From Oscillospiraceae bacterium (GTDB lineage: Bacteria; Bacillota; Clostridia; Oscillospirales; Ruminococcaceae): a stretch of 64,000 nt of DNA. The position numbers were made by a program, and so were the translations under genes. Every line of letters starts with the position of its first letter. Within the stretch, counting starts at the first letter, position 1. The notes below the pieces were generated by a model. The model was not told where the DNA came from and searched no databases. It saw only the letters and a program-made list of their open reading frames with translations. The DNA lies in the NCBI GenBank assembly GCA_045541475.1, contig JAZQJI010000034.1, positions 3,088 through 67,087 of the forward strand. Direction: 5' to 3'. This document shows positions 27,166-37,782 of this stretch, one piece after another.

Positions 27166-27573
27166 ATGGTAAAGATTATTACAGGAAACAAAGGCTCAGG
27201 CAAAACAAAAATTCTCGTAGACATGATTAACAAGGCAGCTACTTCTTCAAGCGGCAACGTTATTTGTGTTGAAAAGGGCATGAATCTTACTTATGATATT
27301 TCACACAAGGCAAGACTCATCGTTTCCGATGATTATAAGATTGACTGCTACGATACATGCTACGGCTTTATCGCAGGTATTCTCTCCGGCAACTATGATA
27401 TCACAGATGTTTTTGTTGACGGTATTCTCAAAATGGGCGGACGCAACTATGATGAACTTGCAAAGTTCCTTGATAAAGTAAACGAACTTTCAGGCGAAAA
27501 TATTTCCGTTACTATCACAGTATCTGAAGATACTGAAAAGTTGCCCGAAGGTGTTACAAAGTACATGGCATAA
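27166..27573 (+). CDS. small P-loop protein of unknown function
   Basis: Walker A GNKGSGKT at residues 7-14. 135 aa. No other recognised motif. Confidence 0.45.
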   Translation: MVKIITGNKGSGKTKILVDMINKAATSSSGNVICVEKGMNLTYDISHKARLIVSDDYKIDCYDTCYGFIAGILSGNYDITDVFVDGILKMGGRNYDELAKFLDKVNELSGENISVTITVSEDTEKLPEGVTKYMA

Positions 27574-27622
27574 TTGTTGCATTTTTGCACAAAAATGCCT
27601 TTTTGGGTATAAAATATCATAT

Positions 27623-27652
27623 AACGGAAGCTCTTTTTGGGCTTCCGTTTTT
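27623..27652 (+). terminator. rho-independent terminator
   Basis: aacggaagc-tctttttgg-gcttccgtt-ttt. Confidence 0.7.
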
Positions 27653-27690
27653 ATAAATGCACCAAAAATCAAAAAAGTTGCGTTAAACAC

Positions 27691-27719
27691 TTGACAAGCA
27701 ACGAAATTCTTTGTATAAT
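27691..27719 (+). promoter_or_regulatory. perfect consensus sigma-A promoter TTGACA-17-TATAAT for yceD-rpmF
   Basis: ttgacaagcaacgaaattctttgtataat. Confidence 0.65.
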
Positions 27720-27760
27720 AATGTTTGCGGTTTATTGGCAAATTGTTGAGGTATTTAATT

Positions 27761-28207
27761 ATGAATATCAACGTTAAACAGCTTTTTAATATTATCGGTG
27801 AAAGAAAAGACTTTCAATGTCAAATTCCTCTTGGGGAGCTTGATTATTTAAGAGGGTTTAAATTTTCTTCTCCCGTTGATATCAGCGGATTTCTATTCAA
27901 TCGCGCGGGGATTGTTTCGCTTGAATTTTCAGTACGATTCACACTCACAGTCGTATGCGACAGATGCCTTGATGAGCTTGACCGTGATTATTTTTATGAG
28001 TTTGAGCATACAGTGGTACATTCGCTTGAAAGTGATAATGACGAATATATCATCGCACAGGATGATATGATCGACATCAACGAAATTGCTCTTTCTGATT
28101 TGTTGCTGCAGTTGCCCAGCAAAATGCTTTGCAATGAAGATTGCAAGGGCTTGTGCTTGAAGTGCGGCTGTAATTTGAATAAATCAGAATGTGAATGTAA
28201 TAACTGA
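27761..28207 (+). CDS. yceD: YceD/DUF177 family protein (large-subunit rRNA accumulation protein)
   Basis: C-terminal CxxC...CxxC cluster (CLKCGCNLNKSECEC). Directly upstream of rpmF as in most bacteria. Start set to the ATG after GAGGT. Confidence 0.75.
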   Translation: MNINVKQLFNIIGERKDFQCQIPLGELDYLRGFKFSSPVDISGFLFNRAGIVSLEFSVRFTLTVVCDRCLDELDRDYFYEFEHTVVHSLESDNDEYIIAQDDMIDINEIALSDLLLQLPSKMLCNEDCKGLCLKCGCNLNKSECECNN

Positions 28208-28250
28208 TTGCCGCTTTTTTATTGTTCAATTTATAAAGGAGGTGCACAAA

Positions 28251-28433
28251 ATGGCTGTACCAAAGAATAAGGTTTCCAAGGCAAGAAGAGATAAGAGACG
28301 TTCCAACGTATGGAAGCTCGATGCTCCTGCTTTCTCAAAATGCACAAACTGCGGAGAGCTTACAGCACCGCACAAGGTATGCAACGTCTGCGGCTATTAT
28401 AAGGGCGTAGAGGTTAAGAAGATGGATGACTAA
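28251..28433 (+). CDS. rpmF: 50S ribosomal protein L32
   Basis: MAVPKNKVSKARRDKRR and CxxC...CxxC zinc ribbon. RBS AAGGAGG. Confidence 0.9.
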   Translation: MAVPKNKVSKARRDKRRSNVWKLDAPAFSKCTNCGELTAPHKVCNVCGYYKGVEVKKMDD

Positions 28434-28467
28434 TTGTCGTTTTCTCATCATGTTTTTACGAAACGGG

Positions 28468-28510
28468 AAGACAGAAGGCAGAAAATATCTGTCTTGTGTT
28501 TTCTCGTTTT
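28468..28510 (+). terminator. rho-independent terminator after rpmF
   Basis: aagacag...ctgtctt hairpin then tgttttctcgtttttttt. Confidence 0.6.
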
Positions 28511-28541
28511 TTTTGAATTTTTCTAAAAAAAGAGGTACACC

Positions 28542-29837
28542 GTGGCAAAAATTTTTGATGTTGTTAAAAAATCGCCTGCTGCTAAGGCGCATATACAATG
28601 CGGTGATGAACTTTTAGCGATAAATTCTGTGCCGATTAACGATGTGCTTGACTATATGTTCTATGCCGCCGAGTGTGAGCTCACCCTTACGTTGTGCCGC
28701 GACGGCAAAAAGTTTGAAAAGAAAATCAAAAAAGGCGAATATGAGGATTTGGGGCTTGAGTTTGAAACATTTTTGATGGACAAAAAGCAAACCTGCCGTA
28801 ATAAGTGCATCTTCTGCTTTATTGACCAAATGCCCCCTAATATGCGCGAAACCTTGTATTTTAAAGATGATGACTCACGTCTTTCGTTTTTGCACGGCAA
28901 TTACGTTACGCTTACAAATCTTGATGATAATGATATCGACCGAATTGTTAAGATGAAGCTGCCGCTTAATATTTCCGTGCATACAACAAATCCGCAATTG
29001 CGATGCAAAATGATGAATAATCGCTTTGCGGGTGAAAAGCTTAAATATTTGCAGATTTTAAGCGATAATAATATCAAGATGAACTGCCAGATTGTTCTTT
29101 GCCCTGATTATAACGATGGAAAAGAGCTTGACAGAACATTAAACGATTTGTGCTCGCTTATGCCCAATATCGACAGCATTGCAATTGTGCCGCTTGGCAT
29201 GACAAAGTTTAGAGAGAATTTAACTCCCTTGCGTGCCGTTGATAAAGAATGTGCGGTTGATGTTATAAAAACGGTTGAAAAGTATCAAAAACAGATGCTT
29301 GAAAAGTATGAAACAAGACTTGTTTTTGTTGCTGATGAGTTTTATTTAAAGGCGGAAATACCGCTACCTGACGCTTATTCTTACGAGGATTTTGCACAGT
29401 ACGAAAACGGCGTCGGTATGCTTTCTCTGCTGATTGATGAGTTTGAATATGCCCTTGAAAATGCTAAAGAGTGCGCAAATACAACAAAAAAGGCAATTGC
29501 AACCGGTACTGCTGCTTTTGATACAATATCAAAGCTTGTAAACATGGCAAAGAAAAAATTTCCACAGGTAGATTGCGAGGTTTACGCAATTAAAAACGAC
29601 TTTTTCGGTCACAGCATTACCGTTACGGGCTTGATCACCGCTCAGGATATCATAAATCAGTTAAAGGGCAAATTGCCCGAAAATTCAACACTTTTGCTAT
29701 CACGCAGCATGCTAAAGGCTGATTGTGATGTTTTTCTTGATGATTTTAGCATAAGCGATGTGGAAAACGCATTAAACGTAAAAACTATCATTACCGAAAA
29801 CGACGGCGACAAACTGCTTGACGCTGTTTTATCATAA
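28542..29837 (+). CDS. DUF512 family Fe-S oxidoreductase-like protein with N-terminal PDZ-like domain (GTG start)
   Basis: CRNKCIFCF cysteine motif. This family sits upstream of der in Clostridia, and the order DUF512-der-plsY-gpsA is conserved here. Confidence 0.65.
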   Translation: MAKIFDVVKKSPAAKAHIQCGDELLAINSVPINDVLDYMFYAAECELTLTLCRDGKKFEKKIKKGEYEDLGLEFETFLMDKKQTCRNKCIFCFIDQMPPNMRETLYFKDDDSRLSFLHGNYVTLTNLDDNDIDRIVKMKLPLNISVHTTNPQLRCKMMNNRFAGEKLKYLQILSDNNIKMNCQIVLCPDYNDGKELDRTLNDLCSLMPNIDSIAIVPLGMTKFRENLTPLRAVDKECAVDVIKTVEKYQKQMLEKYETRLVFVADEFYLKAEIPLPDAYSYEDFAQYENGVGMLSLLIDEFEYALENAKECANTTKKAIATGTAAFDTISKLVNMAKKKFPQVDCEVYAIKNDFFGHSITVTGLITAQDIINQLKGKLPENSTLLLSRSMLKADCDVFLDDFSISDVENALNVKTIITENDGDKLLDAVLS

Positions 29838-29860
29838 AATTATAAGAAACGGAGAAAATT

Positions 29861-31186
29861 ATGGCTTTACCATTAGTGGCGGTTGTCGGCCGTCCCAATG
29901 TCGGAAAATCCACACTTTTTAATAAGCTTACAGGTAAGCGTATTTCTATAGTTGATGATACGCCCGGCGTTACCCGTGACCGCATTTACTCCAAATGCGA
30001 GTGGAGAAACCGCGAATTTATGCTTGTTGATACAGGCGGTATTGAACCGCACAGCGATGATGTAATTCTTTCACAGATGCGTCGTCAGGCACAGCTTGCA
30101 ATTGATAACGCAGATGTTATTGTGCTTGTTGTGGATATCCGCTGCGGTGTTACTGCAAACGATACCGACGTTGCCAATATGCTGCTTAAAAGCGGCAAGC
30201 CCATTGTGCTTTGTGTAAATAAATGCGATGCTTTGGGTCCTGCACCTATGGAACTTTACGAGTTTTATAATTTGGGCGTTGGTGAACCCATGCCCGTTTC
30301 TGCCGAGCATGGTCATGGCACGGGCGATTTGCTTGACGTGATATTTGAATATCTGCCCGATACCGAATTTGAAGAATACGATGATGATTATATCAAGGTT
30401 GCGGTTATCGGAAAGCCCAACGTAGGCAAAAGTTCACTTGTAAACAAACTTTGCGGCGAGGATAGAATGATTGTTTCTGACATTGCTGGAACAACAAGGG
30501 ATTCGACCGATACCGAAATCGAAAACGAGCACGGCAAGTTTGTTTTTATTGATACCGCAGGCTTGCGCAAACGCAAAAAGGTTTACGAGAATATTGAACG
30601 TTACAGTGCTTTGCGCTCGTACATGGCTGTTGACCGTGCGGACGTATGCCTTATTATGATTGATGCTGAGGTTGGTTTTACCGAGCAGGATTCCAAAATT
30701 GCGGGCTATGCGCATGAGCAAGGCAAGGCTTGCCTTATTGCTGTAAATAAGTGGGATGCGATTGAAAAGACCGACAAGACCATGGACGAGTTTACTGAAA
30801 GACTTAAGGAAGATTTCAGCTTTATGTCCTATGCCCCCTTTATTTTCATTTCGGCAAAAACAGGTCAAAGACTTGACAAGCTTTTTGAAATGATAAGTGC
30901 GGTTTACGAACACAACACTTTCAGAATTTCCACAGGTGTGCTTAACGATATTTTGGCTTACGCAACAACAAGGGTTCAGCCGCCTTCAAACAAGGGCAAA
31001 TTTTTGAAGATTTATTACATGACACAGTCATCTTCCAAACCGCCCACATTTGTTATTTTTGTAAACAATGCAGAGCTTTTCCATTTTTCTTATCAAAGAT
31101 ATATCGAAAACCAGATAAGAGAAGCGTTTGATTTATCGGGTACACCGATAAAGCTCGTTATAAGAGAGCGCGGAAAGGATCAGTAA
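29861..31186 (+). CDS. der: ribosome biogenesis GTPase Der (EngA), tandem GTPase domains + KH-like domain
   Basis: GRPNVGKSTLFN and GKPNVGKSSLVN G1 motifs, DTGG/DTAG G3 motifs. Confidence 0.95.
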   Translation: MALPLVAVVGRPNVGKSTLFNKLTGKRISIVDDTPGVTRDRIYSKCEWRNREFMLVDTGGIEPHSDDVILSQMRRQAQLAIDNADVIVLVVDIRCGVTANDTDVANMLLKSGKPIVLCVNKCDALGPAPMELYEFYNLGVGEPMPVSAEHGHGTGDLLDVIFEYLPDTEFEEYDDDYIKVAVIGKPNVGKSSLVNKLCGEDRMIVSDIAGTTRDSTDTEIENEHGKFVFIDTAGLRKRKKVYENIERYSALRSYMAVDRADVCLIMIDAEVGFTEQDSKIAGYAHEQGKACLIAVNKWDAIEKTDKTMDEFTERLKEDFSFMSYAPFIFISAKTGQRLDKLFEMISAVYEHNTFRISTGVLNDILAYATTRVQPPSNKGKFLKIYYMTQSSSKPPTFVIFVNNAELFHFSYQRYIENQIREAFDLSGTPIKLVIRERGKDQ

Positions 31187-31237
31187 CCAATCTTTTGGGT
31201 GCCAATTCCCCAAAATACATTTTTCCGAGGAGATTTT

Positions 31238-31918
31238 ATGACATTTACGGTTAAACTTATAATATCGCTTTTAATCAGTGCGGTTATTTCCTATCTAATC
31301 GGCGGACTTAATTCCGCAATTATTTCTGTAAAGCTTCTTGAAGGTGAAGATATCCGCAAACACGGCAGTGGAAACGCAGGTCTTACAAACACTTTGCGTT
31401 GCTTTGGCAAGGCACCTGCAATCTGCACGCTTATAGGCGACCTTGGCAAAGGCGTTGTTGCTGTTTTACTCTCAAAGCTTGTACTTTCACTGTTTTTGCC
31501 CTCGCTTGAATTTACTGCGTTTATTGGCTATTTTTCCGGAATATTCTGCATTTTCGGACATATTTTCCCCATATACTATGGATTTAAGGGCGGTAAGGGC
31601 GTTCTTGTTTCAAGTTCTATTCTGCTCGTTGTTGATCCGATCTGCTTCTGCATAATCATTCCGTTCTTTATTCTTATGGTAGTTCTCACAAAATATGTTT
31701 CGGTTTCTTCCATAACAGCAGCTGCGGTTTATCCGTTCCTCACCTTTGCGTTGCAGTATTTTGCATACGGTTGGGAATTTAACCGCGCACTGATTGATGC
31801 AGGTCTCGTGACTGTTACGGCAGTAATACTGATTTATATGCACAAGGAAAACATAAAGCGACTTAAGGCAGGTACGGAAAATAAGTTTTCCGTAAAATCA
31901 AAATCCAAAAAGAGCTAA
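31238..31918 (+). CDS. plsY: glycerol-3-phosphate acyltransferase PlsY
   Basis: GSGNAGLTN signature. Polytopic. Start at the ATG after GAGGAG. The track ORF begins upstream at a non-ATG. Confidence 0.85.
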   Translation: MTFTVKLIISLLISAVISYLIGGLNSAIISVKLLEGEDIRKHGSGNAGLTNTLRCFGKAPAICTLIGDLGKGVVAVLLSKLVLSLFLPSLEFTAFIGYFSGIFCIFGHIFPIYYGFKGGKGVLVSSSILLVVDPICFCIIIPFFILMVVLTKYVSVSSITAAAVYPFLTFALQYFAYGWEFNRALIDAGLVTVTAVILIYMHKENIKRLKAGTENKFSVKSKSKKS

Positions 31919-31936
31919 TTAAGGGGAGGTTTACTC

Positions 31937-32947
31937 ATGCCGAACATTTTTATTTTAGGCTCGGGAAGCTTCAGTCTTGCAATTGCCAACATGGCAGTTT
32001 GTAACGAAAACAACACCGTTACGGTGTGGTCTGCATTCAAGCAGGAGATAGATGATATCATCAAATACGGCGAGCATAAGCAAAAACTGCCCGGTGTTAA
32101 GATATCTGAAAGAATAAATTTTACTGATGATATTTCAAAAGCAAGCGATGCCGAAATCATCATTTTTGGTATTCCCTCGTCGTTTGTGCGTGATGTAGCA
32201 AACAAGGTAAAGCCTTTTACGCAAAAGTGCCGTTGCATCGTAAATACAGGCAAGGGCTTTGATGGCGAAACGCATGATGTTTTAAGCAAGGTTATATCTG
32301 ATGCTATTACTGATAAGCCCGTGGTTGTGCTTTCCGGTCCTTCTCATGCTGAAGAGGTTGCCATTGGCATACCCACAGCGGTTGTTGCCGCAAGTGATGA
32401 TATCAAATCGGCAGAGTATGTGCAGGAATCGCTTTCAACTCCATCGTTCAGAATATATACGGGCGGCGATCCTTTGGGCTGCGAAATCGGCGGAGCATTA
32501 AAAAACATCATCGCTTTGTGCGCAGGTATATGCGATGGTCTGGGCTGCGGCGATAACACAAGGGCGCTGCTTATGACCAGAGGCATGACGGAAATCTGCC
32601 GTTTGGGTGTTGCAATGGGTGCTAAGGCAGAAACATTTGCAGGACTTACAGGCCTTGGTGATTTGATTGTTACCTGCACAAGTATGCACAGCCGCAACCG
32701 CAGGGCAGGCATTTTAATCGGTCAGGGCGTAAATGCTGATGAAGCTGTTAAGCAAATCGGCACGGTTGAAGGTTATCACTGCTGCAAGGCGGCTTATGAT
32801 ATTTCACGCAAATACGGCGTTGAAATGCCCATTACCGAAAGCCTTTATGCTGTTTTGTTTGAAGGCGCAAATATAAACGAAAAATTTTCGCTGCTTATGG
32901 CAAGACCGCAAAAGCATGAAGCAGAAAATTACAGTGATAAAGCGTAA
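31937..32947 (+). CDS. gpsA: NAD(P)H-dependent glycerol-3-phosphate dehydrogenase
   Basis: ILGSGSFSLAIANMA Rossmann motif, GALKNIIALCAGI, downstream of plsY. Confidence 0.9.
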   Translation: MPNIFILGSGSFSLAIANMAVCNENNTVTVWSAFKQEIDDIIKYGEHKQKLPGVKISERINFTDDISKASDAEIIIFGIPSSFVRDVANKVKPFTQKCRCIVNTGKGFDGETHDVLSKVISDAITDKPVVVLSGPSHAEEVAIGIPTAVVAASDDIKSAEYVQESLSTPSFRIYTGGDPLGCEIGGALKNIIALCAGICDGLGCGDNTRALLMTRGMTEICRLGVAMGAKAETFAGLTGLGDLIVTCTSMHSRNRRAGILIGQGVNADEAVKQIGTVEGYHCCKAAYDISRKYGVEMPITESLYAVLFEGANINEKFSLLMARPQKHEAENYSDKA

Positions 32948-32986
32948 GCTATTATTATAACAAAAAACAAAGGGGGTATTTTTATT

Positions 32987-33742
32987 ATGGTTGATGTAAA
33001 AAACAGATGGTGCCTTATTACAGGCGCAAGCAGAGGTATAGGCAAACTGATTGCCGGTGAAATGGCAAAGTACGGTGCAAATCTTATTTTGCACAGCAGA
33101 AGCAAAGCACACACCGCACAGCTTGAGGAAGAATACAAAAAATTAGGTATTGAATGTTTTTCTGTTGAGGCTGATTTGAATGATCTTGCAAGCGTAGAAA
33201 AAATGCTTGAAGAAATTGACCAAAGCGGAAAGCGCGTTGACATTGTTTTTAACGATGCAGGCCTGCAGATCGCTTACAGAACGGATTATTATTCCACACC
33301 GTTTTCGGATTATCTTGTAAGCTTTAACGTAAACACAATTGCACCTATGATGATTTGCTATCACTTTTTGCCCAAGATGATCGAATACGGATTTGGCAGA
33401 GTGATTAACACGACAAGCGGCATTGATGGCGAACCCGAGCAAGCAGGATATTCTGCGGCAAAAGCGGCATTAAACAAGGTTACGCTTGATATTGCACGAA
33501 AGCTTGACGGCACTGACGTTATCCTTTCTCTTTCCGATCCCGGCTGGTGCCGCACCGACCTTGGCGGTCCTCACGCACCCAACGCACCCGAAAGCACAAT
33601 CCCCGGAATGATTGTTGGCGCTTTTGTTGATGACAAGCGCAGCGGCAGACTTTTCGGCGCACAAGAATATACCGGGCTTACCTTAGAGCAGGCTGTGCAA
33701 AAGGCAGCTGACGCTCCCTCGGTATCCGTTAACGCAAGATAA
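32987..33742 (+). CDS. SDR-family short-chain dehydrogenase/reductase
   Basis: ITGASRGIGK cofactor site, YSAAK catalytic motif. Confidence 0.8.
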   Translation: MVDVKNRWCLITGASRGIGKLIAGEMAKYGANLILHSRSKAHTAQLEEEYKKLGIECFSVEADLNDLASVEKMLEEIDQSGKRVDIVFNDAGLQIAYRTDYYSTPFSDYLVSFNVNTIAPMMICYHFLPKMIEYGFGRVINTTSGIDGEPEQAGYSAAKAALNKVTLDIARKLDGTDVILSLSDPGWCRTDLGGPHAPNAPESTIPGMIVGAFVDDKRSGRLFGAQEYTGLTLEQAVQKAADAPSVSVNAR

Positions 33743-33756
33743 AAAGGCATAACAAA

Positions 33757-33795
33757 ACGCTTTCCGAAAATAAAACGGAAAGCGTTTTTTGTTTG
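33757..33795. terminator. bidirectional terminator
   Basis: aaaacgctttccg-aaaataaaa-cggaaagcgtttt. Confidence 0.7.
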
Positions 33796-33816
33796 TTATT
33801 ACGTTACTTATTGGCG

Positions 33817-34326
33817 TCAGACTTTCTCTGCTTCGTACCATTCATCAAGATCGGCGTCTTTTTTTAATTGCGGATTATTCGATAGAATTGCTTGTAAAAC
33901 GCGATATAATTCCGTTGCCGAAAAACTTGTGTTAGTGCTCGACGACTTTGAAAACAATACCGTCTTTGACTTTTCGTGTTCCACAATCAACATACCCGCT
34001 TTTGAACCGTATGCGGACGTAATGCATCCTCTTAACCATGCAACATCTTTTATTTCGTAGACTTTTTTGGCTGTTTGTATAAATACAACACCGTTTTCAA
34101 TCCAATAATACCCCTTTTTTAAAAATAACGGAGTGTTTTCTGTGCGTTTATAGTACAATATAGCACCGAGTATCGCCAAAATTGCATTAATCATTAAAAA
34201 AATCATATCACTAATGTCAGCGAGCGATAAAATTATGAGTAATATTACGAAAACAATCGGTACGATAAGCCCTGCGCATAAAATTCTGAAATACCAACGC
34301 TGATATGTAAATTCGGTTTTTTTCAT
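33817..34326 (-). CDS. hypothetical membrane protein (two TM helices then PH-like soluble domain)
   Basis: Start set to the ATG 9 nt after a perfect GGAGGA. The track ORF starts at an upstream TTG. Confidence 0.45.
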   Translation of the reverse strand: MKKTEFTYQRWYFRILCAGLIVPIVFVILLIILSLADISDMIFLMINAILAILGAILYYKRTENTPLFLKKGYYWIENGVVFIQTAKKVYEIKDVAWLRGCITSAYGSKAGMLIVEHEKSKTVLFSKSSSTNTSFSATELYRVLQAILSNNPQLKKDADLDEWYEAEKV

Positions 34327-34396
34327 ATCTTTCGTTCCTCCGAAGATCAAGCATTGTTGTTGCTTAAATTATAATGCACATCGGATAAAAAGTCAA

Positions 34397-34425
34397 CAAA
34401 AATGGGCGGAGATTATCCGCCCGTA
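34397..34425 (-). terminator. terminator of uvrA
   Basis: gggcggag-atta-tccgccc with U-tract on the minus strand. Confidence 0.65.
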
Positions 34426-34441
34426 AATATATGCAAAAATT

Positions 34442-37264
34442 TTAATCAAGCGCTTTCTTTAAATAACATCCCGTGTAGGATTTTTCATTTGCGGCAACCT
34501 CTTCGGGTGTGCCCTGCGCAACCACGCAGCCGCCTTTGTTTCCGCCTTCGGGCCCTAAATCTATAATATGGTCGGCGCACTTGATAAGGTGCAGATTGTG
34601 TTCGATAACAACCACGGTATTTCCTGCATCAACAAGCTTTTGCAAAACTTCAATCAGTTTGTGCACGTCTGCTGTGTGCAGACCTGTTGTAGGCTCATCA
34701 AGCACATAAAGCGTTTTGCCCGTTGATCTGCGTGAAAGCTCGGTTGCAAGCTTTACACGCTGTGCTTCACCGCCTGAAAGGGTAGTAGCGCTTTGCCCTA
34801 TTTTGATATACCCTAAGCCTACATCCTGTAAGGTTTTAAGCTTTCTTGATATTTTGGGCAGTGCCTCAAAGAACTCAACGCCCTCGTCAACGGTCATTTC
34901 AAGCACATCATATATATTTTTGCCCTTGTAGCGTACCTCTAAGGTTTCGCGGTTGTATCTTTCGCCCTTGCACACCTCGCAGGGAACGTAAATATCGGGG
35001 AGAAAATGCATTTCAATCTTTACAATACCGTCGCCCTTGCACGCTTCACATCTACCGCCCTTTACGTTAAACGAAAAGCGACCTGCGCCGTAGCCACGCA
35101 TTTTTGCTTCTTGCGTTTGTGCAAAAAGTTCTCGGATATGGGTGAAAAGACCGGTGTATGTTGCAGGGTTGGAACTTGGCATTCTGCCAATGGGACTTTG
35201 GTCAATTGCAATAACCTTATCAAGATGCTCAAGCCCTGTCATTTCCTTGAATTTTGTCGCTTTTGCTCTTGCACGGTTAAGCTTGTTTGCAAGATGCTTG
35301 TACAAAATGCCGTTTATCAGCGATGACTTGCCGCTGCCCGAAACACCCGTTACGCACACAAGCTCGCCAAGCGGTATTTTAACATCAATATTTTTCAGAT
35401 TGTTTGCAAATGCGCCCTTTATTTCAAGGTAATTTCCGTTGCCGCTTCTTCTTGCAAGGGGAGTGGCGATTTTATATTCGCCGCTTAAATACTTGCCCGT
35501 TATTGAATCTTTACACTTTAAAAGCTGCTTGGGCGTGCCAGAAAAGATTATATTTCCGCCGTTAACGCCCGCTCCGGGACCGATATCTACGATATGGTCG
35601 CAGGCAAGCATTGTATCTTCATCATGTTCAACAACAATCAAAGTATTGCCCTGGTCGGTAAGGCGGCGCAGTGTGCCGATAAGCTTATCATTATCACGCT
35701 GATGCAGACCAATGCTCGGTTCATCAAGAATATACAGAACGCCCACAAGCGAAGAGCCTATCTGCGTTGCAAGCCTTATTCGCTGGCTTTCGCCGCCCGA
35801 AAGCGAGCCTGCACCTCGGCTTAACGTTAAATAATCAAGACCTACGCTTACCAAAAATCCAAGTCTGTCCTTGATTTCTTTTATTATAAGCGCAGCAATC
35901 TTCATTTCACGCTCGCTTAGCTGCAATTCTTCAAAGAATTTGAGTGCGTCTGCAATTGAAAGGTCAGTCAGCTCACTTATGTTAAGTCCGCCCACGGTAA
36001 CGGCAAGCACTTCTTCACGCAGACGTTTACCGCCGCAACTCTCGCACTCAACATCTGTCATGTAAGCGCAAAGCTCATCGTGTGCGGCATCTGTGTGCGC
36101 TTCCTTAAATCTGCGTTCAAGATTGTTTATAACGCCTTCAAAAGCGTGGTAGTATATTCCGCCGCCCCATTCCTTCGGGCGCTTTAATTCAAGCTTGCGG
36201 TTGTTTGTGCCGTAAAGGAACAAATCAAGCTCTTCATCTTTTAGGTTTTTAATGGGCGTATCAAGCGATATGCCGTATTCCTTTGATATTGCGTTGTAAT
36301 ACATATAGGCAAATGTGCCTTCGGTTAACGTATTCCAACCGCTTGCTTTTATAGCACCCTGATTGATTGAAAGCTCCTTATCGGGCACAACGAGTTCGCG
36401 GTCAATTTTCTGAAAAAATCCCAAACCCGTGCAGGTAGGGCACGCACCGAATGGGCTGTTGAACGAGAACATTCTCGGTGCGAGCTCTTCAAGGCTGATA
36501 TCATGGTCGGGGCAGGCATAGTTTTGAGAAAAAAGTATTTCTTCAACGTCAACAATATCTGCAATAACAAGTCCGCCCGATAAATCAAGCGCAGTTTCAA
36601 TGCTGTCGGCAAGTCTTGATTGTATGCCTTCCTTAATAACAAGTCTGTCAACAACAACTTCAATGTTGTGCTTTTTGTTTTTGTCGGGCTTGATTTTTTC
36701 TGATAAATCATACATACTGCCGTCAATGCGTATGCGCACATATCCCGATTTGCGTATATCGTCAATTTCTTTCAAATGCTCGCCCTTGCGTCCTCTTACA
36801 ACGGGTGCAAGGATTTGGATTTTTGTGCGTTCCTCAAATGAGAGCAACTTGTCAACAATTTGATCAACTGTCTGCTGCTTGATTTCCTTGTGGCAGATAG
36901 GACAGTGCGGAACGCCTATGCGTGCGTAAAGCAAACGCAGATAATCGTAAATTTCCGTAACTGTGCCCACTGTTGAGCGGGGGTTGCGAGATGTGGTTTT
37001 CTGGTCGATTGATATAGCGGGGGAGAGCCCTTCGATGCTGTCAACATCGGGCTTGTCCATTTGCCCCAAAAACTGCCTTGCATAAGAAGAAAGGCTTTCA
37101 ACATATCGTCTTTGTCCATCAGCAAAAATGGTATCAAACGCAAGCGATGATTTGCCCGAGCCTGAAAGCCCCGTAACCACAATAAATTTATCTCTGGGCA
37201 GTTCTAAATCTACGTTCTTTAAATTATGCTCTCTTGCGCCTTTAATTATAATTTTATCCTGCAT
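34442..37264 (-). CDS. uvrA: excinuclease ABC subunit A
   Basis: Two ABC ATPase modules ([14 protein letters not shown]; [12 protein letters not shown]), zinc fingers, 940 aa. Confidence 0.95.
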   Translation of the reverse strand: MQDKIIIKGAREHNLKNVDLELPRDKFIVVTGLSGSGKSSLAFDTIFADGQRRYVESLSSYARQFLGQMDKPDVDSIEGLSPAISIDQKTTSRNPRSTVGTVTEIYDYLRLLYARIGVPHCPICHKEIKQQTVDQIVDKLLSFEERTKIQILAPVVRGRKGEHLKEIDDIRKSGYVRIRIDGSMYDLSEKIKPDKNKKHNIEVVVDRLVIKEGIQSRLADSIETALDLSGGLVIADIVDVEEILFSQNYACPDHDISLEELAPRMFSFNSPFGACPTCTGLGFFQKIDRELVVPDKELSINQGAIKASGWNTLTEGTFAYMYYNAISKEYGISLDTPIKNLKDEELDLFLYGTNNRKLELKRPKEWGGGIYYHAFEGVINNLERRFKEAHTDAAHDELCAYMTDVECESCGGKRLREEVLAVTVGGLNISELTDLSIADALKFFEELQLSEREMKIAALIIKEIKDRLGFLVSVGLDYLTLSRGAGSLSGGESQRIRLATQIGSSLVGVLYILDEPSIGLHQRDNDKLIGTLRRLTDQGNTLIVVEHDEDTMLACDHIVDIGPGAGVNGGNIIFSGTPKQLLKCKDSITGKYLSGEYKIATPLARRSGNGNYLEIKGAFANNLKNIDVKIPLGELVCVTGVSGSGKSSLINGILYKHLANKLNRARAKATKFKEMTGLEHLDKVIAIDQSPIGRMPSSNPATYTGLFTHIRELFAQTQEAKMRGYGAGRFSFNVKGGRCEACKGDGIVKIEMHFLPDIYVPCEVCKGERYNRETLEVRYKGKNIYDVLEMTVDEGVEFFEALPKISRKLKTLQDVGLGYIKIGQSATTLSGGEAQRVKLATELSRRSTGKTLYVLDEPTTGLHTADVHKLIEVLQKLVDAGNTVVVIEHNLHLIKCADHIIDLGPEGGNKGGCVVAQGTPEEVAANEKSYTGCYLKKALD

Positions 37265-37287
37265 AAATTCAGTGTTTTGTTCTCCCT

Positions 37288-37752
37288 TTAAAAATAAAAC
37301 TTCATCGGTCTGTATACTGTATCTTCAACAAAGCCGTGCTTTTTGTAAAGCGGTTCGCCCATTTTGGTTGCACGCAGTTCAATGTGGTCAAGCTCCATGG
37401 TTTTGCCAAATTCAAGCATTTGCTTTACTAAATTGGAAGCAATACCCATTCTTCTGTAATTGGGGTTTGTGTAAACATTCATAACAATAGCCATGCGTCC
37501 CGTGGGAAAACGAGGGCTTGCGGGCTTTTCCTGAATTATCAAAAACAGTGAGCCTACATTTTCACCATTGTCCGATATTGCAATAAATGCATGAAAATCC
37601 TTATCCATGTGTTTTTCAAAATAATCGGGCAGCAATTGCATCATCATATCGATTTCGCCCAACGGCATATCACTGTATTCTTCATACATATATGCTTTTC
37701 TGAATTCAACAAGTCTTGGTATATCGTTTAAATCCGCTTTTTTGTATATCAT
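37288..37752 (-). CDS. GNAT-family N-acetyltransferase inserted between uvrB and uvrA
   Basis: Acetyl-CoA motif [10 protein letters not shown] (R/Q-x-x-G-x-G/A). 154 aa. Confidence 0.7.
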   Translation of the reverse strand: MIYKKADLNDIPRLVEFRKAYMYEEYSDMPLGEIDMMMQLLPDYFEKHMDKDFHAFIAISDNGENVGSLFLIIQEKPASPRFPTGRMAIVMNVYTNPNYRRMGIASNLVKQMLEFGKTMELDHIELRATKMGEPLYKKHGFVEDTVYRPMKFYF

Positions 37753-37782
37753 TTTATGTCACTTCTCTCGAAAAATTAGTTT

